A stretch of 64,000 bases of DNA from Takakia lepidozioides (Eukaryota; Plantae; Bryophyta). Below are positions 1 to 13,490 of this stretch, piece by piece (within the stretch, counting starts at the first letter, position 1; every line of letters starts with the position of its first letter). A model generated the notes under the pieces. It did no database searches. It saw only the letters and a program-made list of their open reading frames with translations, and was not told the DNA's origin. The translations under genes were made by a program, and so were the position numbers. The stretch is taken from assembly GCA_030704615.1 (NCBI GenBank), contig CM060732.1:7564001-7628000 (forward strand), in the 5' to 3' direction.

Positions 1-1269
1 GAAGGCGGCACTCTAACTATTGGTTAGTGCATGGGACCCTTGGAGCACCAGGTACTTCCATGCACAGGTTCTACATCTCAAGAAGTGTGTTTACAGTTAC
101 AGGTTTTCTAACTTTCTAACTTGTAGGCACACACAAAATACAGATTATTGAAAACAAGTACATTAGGATAGGGTACAAATGGTGCCCTTGCAAACTACTA
201 TACCTTGTTGTAGAGACAACGCACCACCCTTTGTGGTCACTCGTAGAATTGACACAAACTTCACCTAGGTTCCTGCATGTCAGCGTGCATTCCTCGCGTT
301 GTACTGAATCTCTATAAGTCCTCCGCAAATCCGTGCGGTCTGCCAAGAAGTTCCATACAAAACGCAAAGTGTCGTCTACAGTTTCTATTAGCGGAGTACT
401 CGAAGGGTTATTCAAAAATACGCCAACATAGTGGTTTGCATACACTTGTGTTGGTGTGATCAAACTCTTCACTAGGTCGCATGTCATCCCTGGTTGAGTG
501 GATAGAAGACAACCCACTATGTCCTCCACCAGAGAGGTATTTACCTGAACACCCACATCCAAAAGAACCAGAACAGAAGGCAAGACATCTTATGAGTGTG
601 CTCTATACAGGCTTCCGCTACAGTAAATTCAGGCCACAAGGCTACAGCGAACGACATGAGTAAAATTTATATACGTTTTCGCTAACAGCATATGTATCCA
701 TGCGTGCATGAATCTTGCATTTCTGTAACATTTAGCTATCCTCTTTGGACCTAATAAGTTTTTCCAGTCAAGGCATTCAGAATTTCATTATTTCTTTCTT
801 AAGGGCATGCAAGGCTCTTTACATAGACACTCTAAGGGCATCACAGGTGAGGCTATCACTGCACATTTACTCGCCATCTCTACCTTGATGGCCTGCTTCA
901 GATGTCCTCCCAGCCGCTCAATTGGGAACACTGTAACTCCTCGAGTCAGAAGCTCTGGACTCTAGAACTTGGAACTCAATTCTACACCTCTGCATTAAAC
1001 ATCAACATATGGAGCCACCATAACCTGAATTGTCTGCAGGAGAGGTACATCAACTGCTGAAACACTGTCATTTGCAAGAAGATAAAGTGATCGTGCTACT
1101 AAGGAAGCTGCGGCCACAACTGCACTGGTGTTCACATTTGCAGCATCATCGTAGTGGCTATGGTAGAGCAAGTTATGAAACGCAGAGTCAAACTCTTCCA
1201 AGACAACTCCTGTATGCGAGATCACATGAAATGCAAGAACAAACACGTCAACCAGCATCACTATATAGG

Positions 1270-1347
1270 CTAAAAGTTGCTCTGCCCAAACAGGGCGCAG
1301 GGTCTATGGCAACAAGGCTACGGCAAACAACGTCTTATGAGTACATT
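1270..1347 (+). mobile_element. Short 3'-end fragment of the APE-RT LINE family, in a nicastrin intron
   Basis: ggcaacaaggctacggcaaacaacgtcttatgagtaca is the reverse complement of the LINE terminus at 17904-17960. Confidence 0.8.
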
Positions 1348-2855
1348 ATGTAAGCTGAAAGTTACATAGCCTAAGAGCCTGCAGACAGCAGGATTTGGTC
1401 TTCTACCCGACAAAGGCGACCTACTTGTGAAAAGGTCCCTTTTGGACCTGTGGCCTGATTGGGGTGTAATTCTCACAGGACAGATGAACTGCTATGCATT
1501 ACAGGAACTCAACAGCCCGCTTCAACAAGAGAAGAGCCTAAAGCACTACAATGAGATCTCAGTTTGACCCAGCTGATGTCAGAGGCCATGGTTGCTATCA
1601 CTTCTTCACAGTGACAACCAGCACCTCAGTTGCCGACAGCTACAGTGCAGGCTTCTTCAGTGTTTACATAGTGCCTCCATTACTCTGGGTCAGCCATGAT
1701 TTGTAGGTGCTGAGTTGGCAGGTCCTATGCAAAAACAAAAAAAAGGGTAGAGATGTGTCCAAGTACAGGGTTTAGTACATGGAGTAGGCATCCTGAAGCC
1801 TGTAAGGCCCACTCAGATCTGAAAGCAAGGTCAGGAAGGAAAACCAACCATCGTAGAAGAATGAAGGTAAAGCTATGACTCTTCCCACACTGACATATTT
1901 CAGAAATCAATAATGGTGGAAACATGACCCTCCCCTGTTCTTTACCTTTTCCATCCAGTGTGCTAGTCCTTCCAAAGGCGGAATTCAGAGCATCTAACCA
2001 CAGGGTGTTCTAAGCAATCGGCTATAGGTGTGCTGAATAATCTAATAGACTGTGATCTTTAGCTGCTTCAGAGAAGCCAAGATGGACCTACCCAATTATC
2101 CGCACTGAGCAATAGTGTTTTCTTCTACACACAAGACTCCTCAAGGTAATCCCAAAGTAATCTGTTATCCGTTGTCAGTGAGTGCCATCTTTACTGAAGG
2201 AATTACATGTCTGCTTGTTTAAGTATGAAGGTGATTAGAGTCATTTACACTACTGCTACTTCTCCTTCCATGCTGGTCATAGGACAGCAATGCAAGACAA
2301 CACCAGCTCAAGGTAACACTCCGATCCACGCCAAACCATCAGATATCATAAAGGGACAACCATACCTGCAGCTGTGTCATCTCTGTGAACAAAAGACATT
2401 AGAGATGACGGGGGAATGCCCGGATTAGATTTGCTGGCCATTTGTACTTCCATATTGCTTGAGGCATCGTTTCCTTCTCGAAGGGTAGAGGCAGATGCCT
2501 GCAAAGCATCAAGTATTTGCTGAGTGGGAGCAGCAGTTGCAGTTGCTTCTTTGTGAGCATAAAAAGTGACAGAACCGTCAAGATTTATGGCCTTACCAAC
2601 CGAGCCAACCTCCAGAACTTGGTAAATGAGAGAGGCATTTAGCTCGGTCACTGAAGGTCCACCAGCTGTTAGCTCTGCAAGAAACTGACGACTCCCTATA
2701 TACCCCATCGCCTCTCCCGTCAACACAAGAAATACCAACTGTTTCTTCAAGTTCTCAATGCCTTTGATTTGCGAGAGTGCATCAACAGCAGCGAGCGATG
2801 CCAGCATTCCTGAGATCACCATCACACAGTAAGTGCGTGTCAGACACCTACTAAG

Positions 2856-3078
2856 AGATTGTACTCATAAGACGTTGTTTGCCGTAGCCTTGTGGCCATT
2901 GACCCCGCGCCCAGTTTGAGCGGGAACAAAAGGGACAGAACCTACCTCTGTCAGGGGCTGACGTTGGTAGTGTGACTTACCATCATATATAGAATTAATC
3001 CGGGTTTTCCAGATATCCTCTAGAAATCCCTTCACACAAGCATCAATCTGCTGTGTGTGATGACCCAATTATTTTGGG
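2856..3078 (-). mobile_element. 5'-truncated LINE 3' fragment inserted in a nicastrin exon
   Basis: Near-identical to 17904-18120 (HTQQIDACVKGFLEDIWKTR). It separates nicastrin ..DSAI from ISGML.. Confidence 0.9.
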
Positions 3079-3927
3079 TCAAAGTCAGGGTCATGGAGCT
3101 CTGATTGCCGAATCTGCAACCAGCAAGCCGTTCTCCATTTGTGAGGCCATTGCCAACACAATAGGCTTGGGTGGAGCAGGTGATGAAATGTTGATGGCTG
3201 GGAGGGCTGACCAAACACTGTATCCTCCTAGTGGTACTCTTTCATATCACGCTTGGTGTTCTAGAGACCTGACAAATGGGTTTCTTACACAAACCCGAGA
3301 CAATCCACATACTGTTGTGGGCCCTGTTCTGTGTAAATTGGACGACACTGGCAAGGTTGTTTCCTTCGCCGTGGAGGCATGATGGCTGAGCTGGCCTGAG
3401 AAGAGACACAAGTAGGTGCTTTCGTTAGATGCAAGGCTTTTTTCACTTTGTGCTGCCCCTTTATTTTTCTTGGTTAGTGGCATGTGGCTGGCTTTGTTGC
3501 AAATTCAGTCAACCAGTTGGAGAAATACCCTATCTATGGCCCAGGGCAATCTTGCAAAAGAGAACTAGGATATATGCCTGGACTTTGACATCCAAAATGA
3601 TTTACCAAGAACGAACAAAACTGTTTTTGACTGAAGAGCCTGTTTCAGAACCAAGCTAGCTATACTCCATAAATGCTTCTTGATAGACCTCCTCTGTAGA
3701 TACTTGCGGCTGCTCTTGGCAATGGCAATTTGCATTATTAGCGGTGGAACTTGAAGGGGGTTTCAAATCCTTAGGGAATCTATGCAGAGGTGTCCATTAA
3801 TTTTCAGATTTCAAGTTGGTCACTCTTAATATTGGCATGTTTGCATATAGTTGTGGTGGGCTGGGAATCAATATTTGAATGGTCGAGTTCAGTTCTGCAT
3901 GTTTATGGTCTGTCACTATGGTTACAG

Positions 3928-4076
3928 GAGAGTACAGCAGGTGTAAGAGAAATGGCAGCAAAGAACAAGGAAGCGGATTTAAAGCCTCCTTTGAAAGTGG
4001 CAGAGTTTTCATCAATTATGCAGACAACAAAATCAGGGACGCACACATCTGTAACTTGCCTGAAAGAGTTATCTTG
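3928..4076 (+). pseudogene. NCT: Inverted 5' part of nicastrin exon 2
   Basis: ttacag|GAG acceptor, then ESTAGVREMAAKNKEADLKPPLKVAEFSSIMQTTKSGTHTSVTCLKELS. This is the nicastrin segment that belongs between FPVFLLSQ and C-VPLGGY, but it lies on the opposite strand. Confidence 0.9.
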
Positions 4077-5784
4077 AGAGAGAAGAAATACTGGGAAGTT
4101 GAAGCGCTGCTCTAAGATGCCTCGCCCTGTCGGATTCCATTCGAAGCTCCTGTTCTCATATGGTTCAAATTCCGCTTGAGGAAAAGTCGTGTCCGCAGAG
4201 AACCCCAGTTTTTGTACTCCAGATCCTTCAGTCTTTTCTGAATCGAATTCCACGAGCAACCCCGCCACTTGTGCAGCAACGGATGACTCTCGCTCCACTC
4301 TCTCCAAGAAAGAGGCAAGTTCTGAAGAGGGTAACACAACAGTTGTGGGAACGTGTAGTTGAACTGACTTTGCAGTCTCAAAGCGTCGTACTGGAGCTAC
4401 GACGGCACGCCGACCAGGGTTGCCACATCCAACCTCCCCTGTCAAATTCAGCAGCCGCACGCACGGATACCCTTGCAAGCTTTGGTACATGGCATTTTCA
4501 AGGTCTGGAACCGATCGCAAGGGTAAGCTTTCCGCAAACGGAGACAGACAGATGGGGGCTAGCAGGACCGAGACAAATAGCCTTGAGGTCACGACTGGCG
4601 ATGCCCACCAACAAGACTCCATTATTCACCTTCCGTTCGTGACCTAGACCAGCATCCTGGAAATGGAGAAGGAAAGGACCAAAACGACAAAAAGTGAGAA
4701 TAAATCAGTAGGTTTTCTCATACTCCAATGACATTGCGGCCAGAAGCTACTAAAGTCCGACACTCATATGAATTGATCGCGCGCAGAGAAAAAGTGAGAA
4801 GTTCTTGGGCCTGCATCCCGAGAGACGGATGCATGCCAAACTATGTCATTGATCCAAAGGAGTCGCATGCCTCCACTAACCTACACTGAGCAAACCGCAA
4901 GCGCAAGTTAAGATGTAAGACAGAATTAACGAGCCGGTAGACCAAATTTCTTGTAGTCTGAATGGGGTACCCGTTCAACATTGTTGCGGAACGTTGGGGA
5001 CATATCCACAGGGCCCACCTCTGAAACGGGAGGGGGGGTAATAGCTGAAAGGTGAAGGCTCTTTAGTAAGGCTCGCTTTGCCCAAACTCTTCTCTCCCTT
5101 GGCTTATTTCCAATTAGCTTGTAGGATCCTCTAGTCTAAAGAGCTGGGTATGCCGCTGCAAATGAGTAATACTGGGCAGTTTGCATATGATGGATGGATA
5201 TGAATTTGGGTGGACACCGTTTTCAGAGTTTTATGAGTACACCTTTTGGTGTGGGCACTGTGTTTGTAATATAGACTGTTTTTTCAGTAGTTTTTTTTTT
5301 CGGGCTCCCTTTGTACATGAAACGCATGGGCATACTTTGGAGGAGATGCAGGCTTCCTTGGACTAATGACTGTCATTCACTTGTGTCAAGTTCAGTTTGC
5401 AACACCCTTTTTTTTGCATTGGTCCGCTGACCTTTCACTTGCGCTTCATTTCATTCTGGAAAACATCTGGTACGTAGGTTTTTGTGAGGTTAAGTCAACT
5501 GTTCATTTGATATTGGGGGCACACCAATTTCCATCAGCCTCTCCGGCTCCACTGCAACCTTACATAGTTTTCTCCAACCTGACAGCTTCGCAAAAATAAG
5601 GCACTCTGCACACTGCTGCATGCATATCAAGTGGCCTTGAGTGCTCCCATTGCTGTTTCTATCTGTTGACAACATATCTGCCACAAAAAGAAAACATTCT
5701 CTGCTATCTGCAGAAACAACCCAGGAAATTTTTTGCAGCTCTTCTGAGTTGGTAACTGACTGTAAGGACTAAAGAAGGAATGCA

Positions 5785-8464
5785 TTAAGATCGCAGCGAT
5801 GTCTGAGCAAGAAGAGCATGGAACATGGTCACCCAGTGGTCAGGCACGCCGGGTGTGCACCAGCTGCTACAATCAACAACCGGAGTACTGCTTCTGCTTC
5901 GCTGCCCCTTCCGCCGCTTGCGCAGCAAACGACGGTGTCCACCTCTTGTTGGTGAGGCCAAAGGCAACATGCCAGGGTGTCCATCCATACGCTCCAGACT
6001 CATTTCCGTTATATCCTGCACTTCAATACCGGGCCACCTTATCAGTACGCTTCAAAATGTCAATCAATCAGAGGCAAGAAACCAGTAAAAGCCAAGTTGG
6101 CTTGCTCAACAGGTCTCAATGCATATCCCAACTACTGCAGATTCACAATGCAGCTCTAGGTTTTCCAAGAACTAGATGCCCCTGTAGGGAACCATGCAAC
6201 AGACCATGGTCAACCAGCCTGAGAGCGGATTGAACAGCTCCTTTTGAATCTCTACACATTGCTCGCGAGCAACAACACTGCTGGCCATGCGCGCCGGCTC
6301 CAGCACGTCATCCCCACCACACCTCTGCTGCTTACCATCCTGCATTTCCCCCCTTCTCCCACATCCTCAGTGTCCAAACGTCCAAACCCCATCCTTTGCC
6401 CACCTCACACTGCCACTAATTCCCACTAATCCAGTTAGAACTTCAGCTCTTGTGAGGCAAAATGAGCAGGAAGGCTTACCAGCCAGTGCAAAGGAGAGTA
6501 TGTGCGGTATAGCTTCAGTCCTTTGAATGCGGAATTCTGCAGGAGCCAACCACGCTTGTCCATTGATTCGTGCATGCCTGTTCTGACCAGCACCGGGGCA
6601 CTAACCAAGGCCACAAGCAGCCTAAATGAAAAGACATTATCTTCTTTGACAGAGAGCCCTTCCCATGCACTGAGTGCTGGCTGACCAAGAAGTATGACCT
6701 CAATATCAGTATGAACCTCACCTCAATGAAAGATCTGACGGTCTCGAGAGAATGTCGATAAGCTACAGACCAATCCATATACACCACTTCCTGATTGCTG
6801 AAAAGTATTTTACTAACACAAGAGTTCCAGTGGCTTCCTGAACTCAGCACCAACACATCCACTGACTGCTCTAAAGCATCCGCCCATCGCGCATCTACAC
6901 CCACCGTTCACATCCATTCAAGACTCATCGTACATACATGAGTGATACAGGGGGAGGAATGTTGTCTCCAGGTTAAGGATTACTCAAAGTGAAGAAGAAA
7001 TTTAGAACATGTGTGGGAGGTCCTCTGGGTCCAAAGTGAGAGAAGACAGAGAGAAATAAAGAAACAAAGAAGTTACAAAGATGCCTTATAACAACCCCAG
7101 AGGACCATGAGAGAGACTCATCCCAGGCAACTAGCCACTCTATCTGCAATTGCTTCACAACAATGCCATGCGCTTGTATGTAATACACATGGCTGCCCTG
7201 CATTCAACGGATACCCCATCTTATTTTAATTCATAAAAATCAGCAGCCTAAAGTGAGTCTAGATGTGCCTATGAAAGTTGATTAGATAATCTGGTATCCT
7301 GCTCCTTCTCCGCCAAGGAAGAGAGTGGAGAGTTGGTGTGCCCATGTTAAAAGTTAGTCTCTTAGAACCGGCATTTGGGAGAGAGAAAGAGAGAAAAAAA
7401 GAGAGGAATCCAAACATACTGAAAAAGGGTAACTACAAGAGAAGGCGGATAAACCTATATCAAAATCTTAATACCCTGTCCTTGAGTTTGATGGGTCATG
7501 AACAAAGACCATGAGATGTATAGGGCTGGACCTTCACAGGAGCAAAGGTGGCCAGAGCACATAGGAGAGCTTCAGCAAAGGTGGAGCTGACAGAGTCACC
7601 AACAATTAACACTGTCTGATTCTGCAGCTGCTGCAAGAGCTTCTTGCCGTCCAGTGGGCATGACAGCGGGCAATCTAATGGCACCCATTGCCGCTGCAGA
7701 TACTTAGTATCCAAGCCCCTGTGATCACATCTGCGCGTAGGGGAAATTAACGGACAGGAAAGACCTGTGTACAATGGCTTTTCTGCATTCTCCACCCATG
7801 CTCCAATAGTCACATCACAGGTCTCAAACGTGCTCAAGGTGTAATTCGACCACATATCTTCCTGCACTCTTTCCGTGACACTATCTACTCCGTCACACGA
7901 TAATTCATCTCCTTCCACCTGCCCCTCTGGTGTTCCCAAAGCGAGTTCCATTCTGTCCAGATATTCTGCTTCCTCTTCCCTGATTTCTGTTCCGACAATC
8001 TTGCCATCCAACAGACTTGCAGGTGGGAATCCACCTTGGGTTTGTGCATGCGTGGTCCCACCCCCACGAGTCGGATGTTGAGCGAGGGTGCCAGCTCTGT
8101 GATCTGTAGAGTTGTGGCTTTGATCTTTTTCGTGCCTTAGCTCTGGTCGTCCTTCTACCCAATTAACCTTCGACTGCTCTGAAGCTTGTATCTCCTCATA
8201 CTGCTGGCCCTGCTTTTGTATGGAGTTTGTGGAAAACAAAGAGAACAGTGGAGAGGATTGCAGAGGAAATCAATCTAGAAGCAAGGCAATGAGCACTAGA
8301 ATCAGGCTCCCACAGCACATACCCCCTATCCGCCATCTCCAGCAATTGGCAGTTGTCATACGAAAGCATGAATCGTAACCACCATCCCCTCCTTGCACAC
8401 TGTCTCTCTGAATTGGGTGCCTGCTGGTTGAAGACCGAAGCACGAGATCAATCAACCGAACCAT
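5785..8464 (-). pseudogene. TBL: Trichome-birefringence-like (TBL/PC-esterase) polysaccharide O-acetyltransferase, probably a pseudogene
   Basis: N-terminal TM segment, PMR5N-like CDVTIGAW..PLY....CP....RC..YLQRQW.P..C, IVGDS motif, DVLVLSSGSHW, DITEMS..RMDGHP and DCSSWCTPGVPDHW. In-frame TGA at 8270-8272, an apparent 4-bp frameshift near 6905, and the DxxH His is replaced by Ser. Confidence 0.85.
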
Positions 8465-9284
8465 TTGTCTCCAGGTAATCTAGTTCAGTTGGTTCTCGCC
8501 CATGAAGTATCTTTCTCTTATGACATCGACGGCTCTCACCAGTGTGTAACCCACCAATTCCCGACGGAGAGCGAGCATTGATATCTTGCAGGAGGTGAGT
8601 TGCAAAAAACTGGCCCATTTTCGTGCAAAGCCTAGCTACACAACCCACATCCATACAAGCACAGCTCAGGATCCTAGCATCTACACAGGCTAGCATGTAT
8701 CCAAAAGACAAAGGGACCCACCTCTCCAGCTTTCTACCTCAAAGCGATGCCCAGTGAGGAACTGTGGAATATAGCTGGAGAGATAGCAGAAGAATGAATA
8801 TGACAAACAGACATTGCCACGCAACTATATCCACCTCCACCTGCCTATCTCTTCTTTTCCTTCAACTCCTGATACATTCCTGGGATCTTAACAGATATTT
8901 CAACCATACAAATGGCGCCATCTGGAGTGGGTGTGGGTGTGTGGATTCCGCCAACGTGGTCATTCTCTCCAATCAGCATGGCAGTTTGTGAGTGAATGTC
9001 ACAAGATGGCGGTTGCGGCGGTTGGGCTGTTCAGCTCTTGCTAGAGCTGAGACAGCTACCTACTTCTGTAATGGTTTTGTCCAAAAGAAAAGAACCATAG
9101 ACTCACTAGACGTCAATTTTTCTTTTAAGAAAAAATTAAGAACAGGGGACAGCGGCCCTGATAAACTTTATTTGAACGAATTATTGAAGGGAAAAAAAAT
9201 TAAAACCCTTGTCTGCCAAAAGGCCGCCATAAGGCATGTGCTCACGGTGGACTGTGCTGGATAACTCTTGAACAATAATCCTCC

Positions 9285-9672
9285 TGGGTCCGCGTTTTTT
9301 TTTTTTGGCGAATTTTCGCCAAATGGGGACCTCAAAAAATAGAAAAGAATATTCTGTAGAAAATTCCATGTTTTTTCATGGATGAAATCGCCAAATTTCT
9401 CCAAAAATATATATATATATGGATGATTTCGCCAAATATGGATGATATGAATGGATGAAAGTATGGATATGGATGATTCTGTCCTAATTTGAATGGATGA
9501 ACAGAATATATGCCTAATGTTTGCAAAACTCTGTAGCCACTCGTGCTATTTTCCCGAATTATTAAAAAAAAAACTCTGCTGGGGTCAATTTCTGGTTTGT
9601 TTATTTTTCTATTTTTCACGGAACTTTAAAGCTCAAAAACAAAACAAAAAAAACAAAAAAAAAAAAAAACTC
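9285..9672. mobile_element. Possible MITE-like AT-rich insertion
   Basis: T-run at the left end and A-run at the right end, with internal repeats ggcgaattttcgcc/ttcgccaaat and atggatga. Ends and TSD not resolved. Confidence 0.35.
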
Positions 9673-9789
9673 AGCTGGATTTTAGTGCTGATGCCTAAGT
9701 TAGCGGCAGTTTCCTTCTTATCTGTTTGTCGAATTTCGGAGCTCTGACTCTGATCGATACCCTTCTGTGATCTAGAGGTTCTCAGTGGG

Positions 9790-9958
9790 CTTGGTGTTGC
9801 CCCAGCTTTTCTCCCACTTCCCTCCCCCTGTTTGTTTGTTTCCAGGTTGTTCCCAATGCGTAAATGCCTTCACGCCCCACGGAGGTTATTTTTTCCTCCT
9901 GTTCTTTTTATCCAAATTAATAATTTTGGGGCTGGTCCCTTTCTCTAAAAAAATAAAA
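9790..9958 (+). mobile_element. L1-type LINE 3'-UTR remnant
   Basis: Shares gaggttattttttcctc and an A-rich tail with the 3' end of the L1 at ~36460-36530. Confidence 0.5.
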
Positions 9959-10551
9959 CAAATGCTCAAAGAATGCAACTAGAATGGTGGGATTGCAGGG
10001 TCACTTGAGAACCCGTTATGTCCCTTCATGTTCGTGTTGTCACAAATGGCACTGACGATGTGTGTTTCTAGAATATCCCCTACCTACCTTACTTCGGGCA
10101 CATGAATCGTGCATACAGCTACCTACATTGTGTTTTTCACTTCAATGCATAACTAATATGTAGACTCTGCGTTGTTGGGCATCATTCCATCTTTCCCGCC
10201 TTCATGTGATCTGCGCACATAATTCCAATCCAGCCTAGTGCTCAGCAAATGGTCCAGGAGTTCCAGTCCATCCTTGCACGCATTGGAGTAGAGATGCTAC
10301 AAGCTTACCCTCTGAGATGGCACTATACACCTTCTCAATTTCCTACCCAGGAGACACTTCCCTCAAGTCTGAAAACAAGTGGGTCCCCAGCTCTGATCGC
10401 ACACAAAGGGTATATCCTGCAATTATGAATCCGATTCTACATTGGAGAACAACCCTTGTAATGATATGCATCCCGAACCAGAGGCACTGTGGTGCTCAGG
10501 CGCGCCTTCACTTCCTCCTCAAATATGGAAATCCTGTGGAAAACTAAGGTT

Positions 10552-11541
10552 TGTTACAAGGCTGCCTGGGACTTAGACGATTTGCAGGTTCTTGCGAGTA
10601 CCCGTAATTTTGCGCAGTCATGGGACTTCATGGCTCTGCTGCCATGAGCTATCACAGGTCTCATGAGGCGGCAACACGAGTCTCCATGAGGCCTCATGGT
10701 GTGGCGGGCACAGGTCTTCATGAGCCTTCATGATTCTACGGGCATGAGTCCACACAGGCCTCATGGCACTACTGTAACAGGTGATCATGAGCACTCATGA
10801 TGTGACAGTCATGAGCGGTCATGACTTTGGGACCATGAGTCCACACGGGTCGCATAACGCTGCTACTACAGAGGGGAACGTGGGTCACCATCAGCGATCA
10901 TGGATGGGACCACAAGGGAACTTAGGAGCGTCACCAACACATGGAACGGCAATACGAGTTAGTACTGTCATGACTGACGGTTAGAGTCATGACAATTAGT
11001 TAGGCGGTTAGGATAGCTTGCAGGTAGTTAAGGTGCGTAGCTTGCAGTGAGGGGGGGGGGGTTTCTTCTTCACGGGTTTCTGGATATTGGCGGGCATGCA
11101 GAGTACGCACGACGGAGGGGAGAGAGAGAGATGATGGAGTGATGCTTGATGCCTGCAAACTGTAGCGGAGGTTACTTAGTGTAGAGAGTCCGATGATACT
11201 GAGGCTGCGGCCTAACTACTAACAGTAATAATAATCGTGATTGATACTTCATATTGTAACGTGTAGAGTGACCAGAGAGAAATTGTGGAATGACTTGATA
11301 GAAATGTGATACTTGGAGATTGCATAAGCAATCTGAAGCACATCACATAAGCATAAATACTCAGTGAACTAACCATGAATGCAAGAAGGATCAAGTGCAG
11401 GAAGACACCCCCATAATACGCTAGATGTAGGTCATGACTGACTGTTCGGAGCAGGTTGAATACTTAGAGTTCTCTAGCTCTTCTTCCCTTGAGTATCCAC
11501 CAGGGATAGCTAAGGGATGGGTGTGTAAAAGCCGCTCAACA
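10552..11541 (+). mobile_element. 5' LTR (990 bp) of a Ty3/gypsy-type retrotransposon
   Basis: TGTTA...CAACA ends; both termini are homologous to the 988-bp LTR at 61068-62055; a PBS follows. Confidence 0.85.
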
Positions 11542-11543
11542 TT

Positions 11544-11561
11544 TGGCGACCATACTGGGGA
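11544..11561 (+). other. Primer binding site, tRNA-Arg-like
   Basis: TGGCGACCATACTGGGGA lies 2 nt after the LTR and resembles the complement of a plant tRNA-Arg 3' end (TGGCGACTCCGCTGGGGA type). Confidence 0.7.
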
Positions 11562-13490
11562 ACTAAGTCAAGAACAACCAGATGTGACAAGCATCTGGTG
11601 GGATCATGGAGGATGGCGAATTAAAGAATTTGATGTGAATCAAATTCCGTGTGAAACTAAGAAAGAAGAATTGGCCATTGAACAATTCTTTCAAAGGTTC
11701 TTGGAGTTGCCAGACGGTTGTAAAGAAAATATTCTCAAGAGAGTGTATGATGCTGATCCAGAGTGGGGTCCAGAGAAATGGGTGATAAGCTATCTATTAA
11801 ACGAGTGGAGTTTGAAAGCTGGGAGGAATCAAGAGTGAACGTTTATACTCATATGCATGAAAAGCTTGTTTTGGTAAAGAACTGGATCCCCAAGAATATC
11901 TTGTGTATCAAGCTTACACCAAAAACAGCTTTTCTGACTTGCCTTCCGTATGCATATATGGTAACTGAGTCTTCTAGTCTAGCCAAGGATCCAATAAAGC
12001 TTGAAAGAAACCCAAGCATTTACGAGAGGTACTACATGAGAGAGTTATGGGTATTACCTCATGAAAGACATGGGTCATGAGTGATGAAAAGGAAAGATGA
12101 AGAGATAGATATGCAGCAAAAAGAGAAAGCTATTTAAAATCTAACTATCCACATTTCTGGGAAAGAGGAATGGACATAGGAGAATCATGTGGACCTCTTA
12201 GTCCACCAAAACCAGAGGGTATATCACCATTGTTTGAAGATCATAATTCCAGTGCCACACCTTCTTACTCTTTACAAGAAAGATAAAGGAGTTGGTGCAG
12301 GAAGAAGGTAAACCACAGGAGGAAAGACAGGCGGTGCACCCCTGGATCAAGGATTTGGGAGAAATCTTTGGTACACCAAGGGCTCGGGGAGGCCACTTCC
12401 AAATATTCCAATACTACGTGCAAAAAAATATAGGGTAATATTTTCTTGGCAGATAAAATTTATAAAATAATTACAAATAAATATGGGTACCAATAAATCG
12501 TGGTGTCAAAATTTAAATTAATATAGGGTGTGAAATATAGAAGTTTATTTATTTATTTTTTACAACCACCAATAGGGTCCTGATATATACCTAGGACACG
12601 TGTCGTCTAGTTATTGGTTTATCAGGTGGGCCGGACTAGTCATGTGTGTACAAATTTCTAAGTTCTAGGATGAAAACTACAAACAAGGGCGGATGTTCAT
12701 CTTGTTTTTCCATGTGAGTAGGGTTGCGTGAAGAAACGAGAGAGGGTAGCATGTCGTGTGGTGTTGATGCTCTCAGTCTGACACTGAATATTTTGCTAGG
12801 CAGATCGTGTTCTCTGTATCGTGCTTGCAACAACGTACTTAGGTTTTTTTTGCTCATTGTCGCAACACAAAATGTGTGAGGAACCTACAATGGAGGCGGG
12901 GGGTCAATTTTACAGCATAGGCGGCTGCTTATTTTTTATTTTATTTCTAATATAGCGTGCCTAAAATTTGCTAGCAGCAGCAAAAAAATTATTAATATAG
13001 TCTACCAGAAAATATAGCATTTTACAAATTTATGTAAATATAGGGTGGCCAATAAAGACCCAAATTAAAATAACACCCCCCTATAAAATACCCTTTTTTC
13101 GCACCCGATATATCAAAGATATAGGGAGTGACCTCCTTGAGACCAAGGGCAGGAACTCCAGGTTCTGATACACCAGCCAAGGAAGGAGAGGATGATACAC
13201 CAGCCAAGGAAGGAGAGGAAGATGAGGAAGAGCCTGCTGAGAGTACCACTCTCCAACGGCGACTCATTTAAGTTATGTTAGTGAGGAAGAAAGAAACCAA
13301 GTCGAAGACTTGGAAGATGAAGGATACACTAGAAGCATTCGTGTATTTTCTGAATCAACTGGGTGTCCGTCAACCACTCCGGGAACCACTTTGCAGTACA
13401 CGTTACTACTGAGAGTCGAAACGAACAATGAAGGCCCACAAGGGCATTTCAGACGGCGGATAGAAGTTGGGTCAATGACCCCGGAGTCGT
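11562..13490. mobile_element. Degenerate retroelement internal sequence; no pol or 3' LTR found
   Basis: Position downstream of the PBS; only short broken ORFs. Confidence 0.35.
12414..13108. mobile_element. Putative non-autonomous TIR element flanked by TA
   Basis: TA|CTACGTGCAAAAAAA ... TTTTTTCGCACCCGA|TA imperfect inverted ends, with about 9 AATATAG(GGT)-type subterminal repeats in an AT-rich block. Confidence 0.45.

Larger units (their letters stand above)
204..4622 (-). pseudogene. NCT: Nicastrin (gamma-secretase subunit), disrupted. Pieces: 4622-4074, [3928-4076 inverted, + strand], 3237-~3103, 2816-2366, 1209-1025, 544-204; last exon not identified (probably left of window)
   Basis: Peptides match plant nicastrin: SVPDLENAMY..GYPCVRLLNLTGEVGC, FPQAEF.PY...WNP, VPLGGYSVWSALP, ISGMLASLAAVDAL..LVFLVLTGE..GY.GSR, NPGIPPSSLMSF, GVVLEEFD..YHSHYDD, LRFVWNFLADRT, CVVSTTR. 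GT-AG boundaries on the downstream exons. Disrupted by an inversion, a small deletion near 3140 and a LINE fragment. Confidence 0.93.

Noticed and set aside
3903-4073. C-terminal 56 aa of the 239-aa nicastrin ORF as real coding sequence
   Set aside because: It is antisense read-through into the inverted exon.
8270-8272. TBL stop codon repaired by U-to-C RNA editing
   Set aside because: That editing is organellar; this is a nuclear spliced gene with additional lesions.
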